Assembly (NCBI GenBank): GCA_000165425.1
Contig: CT868657.1
Location: 1 to 64,000 of the forward strand
Source: Paramecium tetraurelia
Lineage: Eukaryota
Direction of reading: 5' to 3'
DNA: 64,000 nucleotides
Part shown: piece by piece, positions 55,069 to 64,000 of the stretch
How positions within the stretch are numbered: the first letter of the stretch is position 1
Layout: every line of letters starts with the position of its first letter
The notes under the pieces: generated by a model
What the model was told of the DNA's origin: nothing
Seen by the model: the letters and a program-made list of their open reading frames with translations, nothing else
The model's database searches: none
Program-made: the position numbers and the translations under genes

Positions 55069-55112
55069 TGTTTATTATTAAAATATAGAAAAATAATTTA
55101 AATGTATAAATG

Positions 55113-56433
55113 TCATTGTTACTTTTTATCCCTTGTTACTTAGAGATCGTTGAGGTCTTCTGCAAAGTCATCAAATCTGCTCTCCTTAAAGAAATCTACA
55201 GGGATTTTTAATTTTTGTTATTTTAGACAATCTTAAACGAATGAATTAGTCATAAATGTCTGATCATATTGATGGAAGAATATTTCATCGTTGGTTTTTG
55301 GAGCATAATTTCTAAACAGTCTTGAATTCTTTAGTAAACCTTTGTGTATTATGCTCTTTAGGAGATGTTGTGGCATATCTATTTGTATTTGTTCAGAAAT
55401 AAAATAATTTATTTTTAATAGAAATGAATAGTTTATTCTTAAGATGACAAATCATAACTCACTAAATTAATTCGTATTGTAATATGTGTTTTTTCTTAAA
55501 CTAAAAGTCAGGTTTTTTTTTCTGTTGCCATTTAGCCTCGCAGTCAAAATATATGAAAGGTCCTTTGATGACTTTCTCATTTTCCTCATCCTTCTAAAAT
55601 GTACACATTAAATTACATATTGATAATGCTTGTCCTTCTTCATCCATAATCCGTGTTTTGTGTTGTAGATCCACTGATTTTTAATTAATTCTCTTGCTGC
55701 CATTAATTATTCAGTTGGTTCTTTGGGGTAATAGAATACATAGAACAATGTATCGCAGCTTAATTAACTGAATACTGAATGAGGTAGCATTTTGTATTTA
55801 GGTAACAATCTATTTAAATTCAATTTTTCCTTAAAAGTTGGAGGCTAATAATAATCATTTTTCTAGGGCCTATCATTGTAGCTGAAGTCCATCATTTTGA
55901 TTTTATATGCAGCAGAATTTTAATCTACCAATTGAGCCTGTTGAGTTGCAGCTTTTTAATCAAAAGGCTCAATTATTGATCTATTGGATTATAAGATTCT
56001 ATCATTCCATGCAGTTTGCACAATTTTAGTTTAGTACAATTGGGGTATTAACTAATTAATGATAATTCCATGTACTTGATTGAATTCTTATTCATGATCT
56101 GGATTATCCAAGTTTGAGTACATGATTTCAAGGAGTGCTATCAATTTTAACCATTTCTATTCCTATAATAGAATTGGAAACTTGTAATTACATCAATGAC
56201 TAAGTGCTACAGATCTTCACTCAACTATTTCATTTTATCAATTTGATTTTGAAGAGTTTTTAATTTGATTTGTCTGTCCTGACTTCCTGGAGTTTTCCTT
56301 TTCTATTATTGGAATGTTTTTATACTTTCTTAATATCTTGATTGATTTCTTATGCTCTCTATTCAAGCATATTGATTTGATCTTTCAATTAAGTTTGTCG
56401 ACCTTGAAATGAGATGGCAGATTATTAAATCAT
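55113..56433 (-). CDS. Hypothetical protein
   Basis: MIQQSAISFQGRQTQLKD.. open in ciliate code to TGA 55113. Confidence 0.65.
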
Positions 56434-56453
56434 TAATAAATATTATGAATATA

Positions 56454-59400
56454 TCAGAATTGTATTGGATGCACTTTCTTTTTGACTACAAATTTTGGTA
56501 CAACCATCTTTTCATATAGAATTGTAAAAACAGCATTAATGATAGCTATGATTCCTAATAAAAAGGTCCAAGATTCAGGCATTATGTTTTGATCATCGTA
56601 ACTTTGAAATATAAACTAGTGGTTTTATAAATGCATAATTTACTCCCATGATATCATCTATATAATCAACCCTCAACATAAGAAACACAAGGGCAAGAAT
56701 GAACAGGAATATTGTACTACCTATGAAGTAGAAATTGGTGTAGAATGGCTTTCTGAAAGGTTTTCCATTTGAATATGCCAAGGCAATCATCAAGTACTAG
56801 AAATTACCAAAAACAAACAGGGTAGTATTTTCAAAACAAATCTTCATAGAATCATCGTTAAGATCCTCTTAATTCAGTTGTTCATTCGGAATAAACCACG
56901 ATTATTATAACAATAATAGATAGACTCCTAATTGAAAGACCAGTTGAATAATTGTTTATCCGATGACTGAACCCAATACAGTGAAACTTATTAATGAGGA
57001 TCCTGGCACGTATTTATTAATTTAAGCTGCTTACACCAATCCCATAGTCATACTTAAAGGGAATATTGTAAATAGATCGTTGTAAAGGTATTGATTATCA
57101 GTTAGATTTGATTATTTTAGATAGAGGATGGTTACTTAGATGAATTGAATCATTGAATACAATGCCATGAATTTGAAACAACAAAATGAAGTAGTTAAGG
57201 CTGCTCTGCCTTATGATAACAATATTGGAACACATGAAATGTCTTGGATTTGACTAGTGAATGGTGCAGCAATAGATGCTTCTGCTAATGACAATGAAAT
57301 TCCTGCATCAGCTGTTTTCAAGGCTCCACAATCATTAGCACCATCTCCACAGAATCCAACTAAATTTGCTGATTTATGTTTCTATAACTATAAAATTAGA
57401 TTTGCCTTTTCTTCTGGTCTCATTCTAGCATAAACAATTGTTTTTTCAAGGATATTATTAAGAGTTGCTTAGGATCCATATTTATTCAAATGCATAAATG
57501 CACCACCAGAAATAGCTAAAATGTAATTCTCATTTTCATTCCATGGTTGTTCTTCCATGAAATCTCCGTCAGTATAAATTTCACTAATGTTATCAAGTTA
57601 AACGTTAACAGGAGGCGGATCTTCCAGCAAAGATTTATTCTTAACTAAATTTTTAGAGAATGATCTCTAATTTAAATATTCGAAATCCTATTGAACATCT
57701 ACATCTTTTTCAATTTCATCAAGATTACTAATGATTTATTATTGTGGTTCCAAAGTGTCTTCATTCAATTCATTCTAATTGTATTCGAAATCTTTCCAAG
57801 ACACATAATATTTTCCATTGTATTTCTTCTCACTCAATTCTCCCAAATACACTCTTTAATTTTAAATTATCCACATTATCTTGCCACACTAATAGCAGTC
57901 AAAACATTGTAACTGTAACCATAATTGATCTGATGTGAGAATCCTTCAACTACTTGATAATCTTGGTAGTAATTGGTTTCAACTTGTTTTCCATGATAAT
58001 GAATCCAATGAAATTTAAATTTGACTCAACCTCATTTCGATCCAAATCTACTTATTAAACAGACTTCTATGCCATTCCTAGTACTCTAAATCCATTCAAA
58101 GCGTAGAAATCCAAAACTTAATGAAAATTAAAGGGTATTGACTTATTGTTACATAATTATCTTAACTTCTCAGGTGATCCCTTCATATATGCAATGTATT
58201 ATCCATTCTCTTTAACTATCACTGACATTCTCTGCAATTTAGAGGAGAACTCGAATCTCTTCATTATTTCCACATTGATTCTATCATTATTTCTAATTCT
58301 TATTCTACCATCCTTCTCTTCTATCAATTCGCAATTTGTAGATTCAAACATCTTCAATTCCAAAGGGTCACCCACTAACTTACCTTTTACCTACGATAAC
58401 CCATGACAAGTAGCCATTCCTTTGATAAAATTAACATCAGTATTTGCATCTATTGATGTTACAATCTTTGAAAATCTCTGATTCTCTATCATCCTAATAC
58501 CATACATATCTAATCCCTCTTCTGTTAGAGTTCCTGTCTTATCAAAACACATTATCGTCACCTTTCCACTTATGTTTACTTTTTAGGGTGATATACAAAA
58601 TATTTTAGAATTCTTCAATCTTGCCAATGCTATACTTACACCTATTTGTAAACAGGTTGGCAATGCTGGTGGCACTGTTATTGTAATCAAATCCAGACCT
58701 TCATTGATGAATTCCCAAGTTGATATTGAACCATCTAAGAGATAATCAATCTTATTGGGAACTGTTATTATGAACCCAATCACTGCTAAGATTGCCATTA
58801 TGCCTACGAATTTCATAGAATCAGCATAAAATTTAAATGAGTTCTAAACTGGAAACATTATCGATCTAATTAATTGTCCTTTTTGAGTATTAAAGGCTGT
58901 TTGAGTAACTAAAGCAATTACATCTTATCCTTTGGTTTCCATAGAAGTTGTCCCTGCAAAGAGTGTAAATTGTTTGCCTGAATCCAAGGGATCATAAATT
59001 TCTTTATTATTTGGGAGTTCTGTCTTTAATACTGGAATGGATTCTCCTGTTAACATTGCCTCATTAAATATAACCTAACCATTTAATAGAATCGCATCAC
59101 AAGGCATGATCATACCATCCTTTATGAACAACCTATCACCAGGCACTAAGCTTATTGATTCGATTTCCTTCACTTACCCTTCATCTAGTATTTGCACTGG
59201 AATGTTAAATTTGGACAATTATTATAAGCGATAGAAACTTTTTCTTTATTCATAGAGTGTTATAAATATTGAAATCAATGATGTAATTAAAATTACTGTT
59301 GCATATCGCTGATATGATGCCCAAAACCACAATAGCACAGAACAAAACTACAATTTCATGAATGCTTACTTGAAATATGTAAAATGGGCTTAGAACTTCT

Positions 59401-59921
59401 TCAATCAGAGTTTTTACAATTCCTTTGTCTGGTATTTCTGTATTGTTATATCCAAATGTGTCCAGCTGCTAGTTCCGATTTATTGACTACTGTCTGATAT
59501 CCATCTAGACCATGGTCTAATATTTTGTTTCTATTGGGTCGAAAGCATATTCGGTGTAATAGTACCTATATAATCTGTACTCGATAAAAAGATCTCCATC
59601 TTTGGAAAAATTCGATTTAACCAGAGTTTGGGATTTGTCTAAAATGAATTAACGAATGTTCTTACCTTGTCCTATTATTAAAAAGTGAGTGGCCGATTAA
59701 GGGACACACTTCTTGGCGCGGAAAAATAGGAAAATTCTTAAGTCCCACCTTGTAACTAAATAGAGTAAGCCACATGTAATTAAGGAGAGAAAGGCAAATA
59801 ATACGGTTTTGAAAAGTGAAATGCGACAAGATATTATTTCCGATATTAGACCTTCTTACTGGATGTTGATAGGATGCTTAAATTAAACCCTATAATTGTG
59901 ATTTATAAATGGTTATTTCAT
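56454..59921 (-). CDS. P5B-type ATPase (ATP13A2-5-like, putative polyamine transporter)
   Basis: TGES, VPPALP (P5B signature), [30 protein letters not shown]. Confidence 0.93.
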
Positions 59922-59931
59922 TTAATTAAAA

Positions 59932-60480
59932 ATGTTTAACTTAAAATAACTTTTAATTGCACTACATCACATCACAATAATACTTTATTTTAATCGATTG
60001 CAATACTCAATTTAAGAAATCTTGCAAAATTAGAGTAACTACTCTTACAAACTCGTAAATGATTTTTCTGCTCAATCCATTAAAATGGTTTACCAATCTA
60101 CTGGCATATCGTTGGCATTTTATATGATAGTTACAGCATCCTATGTTATCCAATTAATAGTGTTGTTTTTCAGAAGCAATAAAAACTTGAATCGATACAT
60201 ATATTAGCACATTTATTTATTAATACTCCTTTATAGTGTGGGCTAATTAGTATAAATTTATTATTACAATTTTTAAGAAGAATTGACTAAATTAACAGCT
60301 TATTAAAATGAGGAGAACAAACAAGATGCTTTAAAAGACTTGCAAGAAGAAGGTCAATTGGCATAAACTATATGGTAATTGTATTTCATGTGCACTGTGA
60401 TAATAATAGTGGTATTGAAGATATCTTATTTGTATTTTGGATTGCATCAATTTGCTAAATTCTTGAAGATCGAATTATGA
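59932..60480 (+). CDS. Small hypothetical membrane protein
   Basis: Intronless 182-codon ORF with 3-4 hydrophobic segments; start may instead be ATG ~60084. Confidence 0.55.
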
Positions 60481-60600
60481 ATATATTTATATATAACACA
60501 TGATTATAAATAAGCTAACTTTAATAATATTCAATTATATCAACAATCTAAACAAGTCTGTAATAAATTACAATGTATTTAATATAGAATTATTATTCAA

Positions 60601-62089
60601 TCATTAATTTTTCTCCAATCTTCACCTCTCCAACATGCCTCCACTTATTTTATTGTTCTTGGTACGTCATTAAGAATCTCTGGACCATTAGCTGTCAATA
60701 ATATATCATCTTCTAGTCTCACACCTCCAACATGCATGAATTCCTCAATTCTTTCTTTATTCAAATATTTCATCTTATTTGGGTCTTTATAAGCACCTTG
60801 TAAGATGAAATCAATGAAATAAATTCCAGGTTCATTAGTGAATACCATTCCTACATCCAAATCTCTACGAAACTATAATTAAGATAATTCTAATTAAATT
60901 AATAATATGATATTACCTGGTAATCTTGGAGGAGTACCTTTATTATATCCTCCGACATCATGAGTTCTTAACCCCAACATATGACCTAAGCCATGTGTGA
61001 AGAATAATCTACAAATACTATTTTTAATAAGATCTTCCATCGATCCCTTGATTAATCCTGCATTAAACAGATGTTTGGTGATGGTTCTTTCAGCCAATAA
61101 TTACATGTCTCCCCAATTGACTCCTACTTTTAAGGAGTTATGCACTTGTCTTTGAGTATCAAGAACAGCATTGTAAATAATAGCTTATTTTTATGTGAAT
61201 TTTCCATCACTAGGGAAGGTCACTGTAATGTCACTGCAATATCCATAGAACTTGCCTCCCATATCATTTAATATTAGTTCTTTTTCCTGAATAGTTTTTG
61301 AATTTTCTTCATAATGCAACACAGAACCATTTGTACCAGATGCACAGATACATTCATAAGGAGTAAAACGACAACCATGATTTATAAATGTATGATATTA
61401 ATAAAGAGCCTCCATTTAATATTCTTTGTTGCCTTTTCTTATGTTCTTAATAACCAATTCATGAGCTTCACTGCTAATTTTACAGATAAATCTCATGATA
61501 TCTTATTCTTAAGGTGTCTTTCTGACTCTACTTTCTGTAAGGATATAGTATAACTCATCATAATCGGAGTTATAATTTTGTAAGAATGGTTAGTCAGGTA
61601 TTGGTAGGGAGTGATGAGAATAATCATCAATTCCATAAAAATAATAAATTAATGATGGTTTTCGATTACTCAACCAAGATTCTATGTCATCATTATATAG
61701 CACTTCATCTAATTTAAATTTTTATTTAATTTCGTCATTGTTCAAAACAACATTCCACATCTTATAATTGGAGTCATATTAGGGGACAAATACAATTGAT
61801 TTCCCATTGTCTACATCTATTATTCCGTAACAATTGAGAAAGTCCACTCCAAACAGATAATGGAAATTACTCTCCTGTTCCACTCTATATTATTAATCTA
61901 CAATGTCACTATTGAGTTACCTTCATCATGCTTGTTCATTTTGACTGCTCCCATTAACATAATTAGGCTGTTCCTTGCTTTATCCCCCACAGTATAACGA
62001 AAGAAGTTTAGGAATCTGGTTCTAATGTTCTGATGAAAATCCTCAGGTATCGCGTATTCTCTGGGAAAGGGTATGGGATCAGAGTTCAT
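60601..62089 (-). CDS. PEPD: Xaa-Pro dipeptidase (prolidase, peptidase M24B)
   Basis: [50 protein letters not shown]. Confidence 0.92.
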
Positions 62090-62243
62090 TTGATAATTTA
62101 TATTATGTCATCCTCATTAATTAATTGTGTAATTTCAATTTCATATATAAATATCAGTGCATAACAAGTGTTTAGCATTCTTTAGTTCTCTCATTTCTAT
62201 TTAATTCTCACTCAGACAATTCTACTTTAATATTTTAAATTAT

Positions 62244-64000
62244 ATGAAATAAAGACCTACAACTGCCAAAGTTCCAGTAACCGTAGATACCAAGGATATC
62301 CATCAACTATATGAGCTTGATAGTAATTCACTTTGTCTCCAACTAGGTCGTTAATATTAATTAATTGGTAGTAATCTATCGCATTTCCTCATTTTGAACG
62401 AATTGGGCAAGGGTTCATTTGGCGTTGTCTATAAGGTCAAGTCCACCTATGATGGTCTCATCTATGTCCTAAAGAAGATCAACCTCACTCATCTCAAACC
62501 AAAATAACAAAGTATTACTATTTCAGATTTCTAAGCCGAAGCACTGAAGGAAGCTTAACTTCTACGTACTCTCAAACATCCAAATATTATCAGCTACTAT
62601 GTGAGTTTCATTGAATAGGACAATCTTTGCATAGTAATGGAATATGCTGAAGGAGGGGATCTCTAGAAAGTACATAACACTCTTAAATAGTTACTCAAAG
62701 ATTACAAGGAGAAAAGAAAATGCTTGAAAGAACCTACTATTTGGGAAATGAGTAGAGAATTGGCTTAAGCTATATAGCATTTGCATGAAAACAATATCAT
62801 TCATAGAGACATTAAGACTCTTAATGTGTTCCTTACCAAAGACAAGCATGTTAAATTGGGTGATTTGGGAGTTTCTAAAATATTTAATTCTGAAATTGCC
62901 TTAGATGGTACACGTGTTGGCACTCCTCTATATCTTGCCCCAGAGCTTGTCCAACATCAACCATATGACTACAAAGTCGACATATGGGCTCTGGGTTGCA
63001 TTGTATTTTAGTTGGCTACTCTGGAACCACCATTTTAAGGTGAAAATCTAATTACCTTGGGGTATAGCATCGTCAACCATTCACCTAAGCCTTTGCCATC
63101 ACAATATTCAAGCTGTAAATTTCTTAAAAATACTTTAAGAATTATCCTAATTTATTTCTAAATTATTAGAGAAAATTCCAGCATTAAGACCTAGTATATA
63201 ATAAATTAATAGTCAATTCTTTGAAAAGAAATGTCCCGAATTAAAAACCTTATTGTATTAAATATAAATAAAAAAGCCAAATTGAAGATCGTACTCTATC
63301 CAATCCAAATTAAAATTAGCATCATTATCAGAGACCTTAAACAGGCAATCTTAACAAATAAATTGCTCCCTCTATAGATATTGAAAAAGCCAATAAAATT
63401 AAAAAATCAATTTTATTAGTTGAAGGTAACTTGGATCAAATTCTAAATGGCGAGTCGAATTCAAAAGGGTAGAAATAGATTGAAGCTGATAAGATTATAA
63501 AATCGTAGCAATATTAATAGATGATAAGAGAGTAATCAGAAAAACTAGAAAAAGAGAAATTGGAAAAAGAAAGATTAGACAAGCAAAGAGAGGAGAGAAT
63601 GGAAAATGAGAAATAACTAAGATTAGAAAAATAACTATCCTCTTAACAAAAGGAGAAGTCAAATAGATTAGATAAGTTAATCCAATAAAATTAAATTCAA
63701 CTTGATTCTAATCACAACGAATACCAATTACAAAAACCGATATACAAAATACAAAATAATAAAGTCAGTCTTTACATTGAAGATTTTGATAATAAGTAAT
63801 CTTGTGATGATTAAAAGAGTGCATTCTCAGCAGAAAAACATCTTTAAATTAAATTCAAATACCAAAAGCCCATCAATACATATCAATCCAATATTCAAAT
63901 TAGACCCTTATCTGCTTAAGCAAGAAGCTCTTTTGTTAATATTTCTTCCAAATCAAAATTAATTCCAGTCTTACATCACAATTAATCAACCCAAGAACCT
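62244..64000 (+). CDS. NIMA-related (NEK) kinase, truncated by window end
   Basis: LGKGSFG, YVLKKI, HRDIKTLNVFL, LGDLGVS, GTPLYLAPE, DIWALG, then coiled-coil tail. Confidence 0.92.

Noticed and set aside
8559..64000. Retained IESs, tRNA or rRNA genes, selenocysteine read-through
   Set aside because: Frame breaks I traced in conserved genes resolve as GT-AG introns; no TA-bounded insertion, cloverleaf or conserved in-frame TGA was identified by eye

Overview
AT-rich ciliate DNA, almost certainly Paramecium (aurelia-type) macronuclear sequence. Genes read through TAA/TAG as Gln, stop only at TGA, contain ~20-30 nt GT...AG introns and are often separated by <100 bp. The supplied ORF track uses the wrong code, so it fragments nearly every gene. 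The first ~8.5 kb is gene-poor and looks like a chromosome end or germline-derived DNA: a GC-rich hairpin at base 1, a frameshifted WD40 gene, a ~78-bp minisatellite spanning an assembly gap, and a decayed non-LTR retrotransposon reverse transcriptase. From 8.56 kb on there are ~30 tightly packed genes: NAD-isocitrate dehydrogenase, trichocyst matrix protein, kinases and a pseudokinase, PAS membrane protein, Rab, UPRT, Myb, p24, Lsm14, CTU1, SCP phosphatase, RPL7A, P5B ATPase, prolidase, NEK. The two most unusual architectures are a YPPQPG-repeat + ubiquitin-like + Schlafen/AlbA_2 protein and an intronless tandem-CCCH + vWA + alpha-kinase + CxxC protein. All translations were done by hand; no database searches were run, and coordinates include introns.
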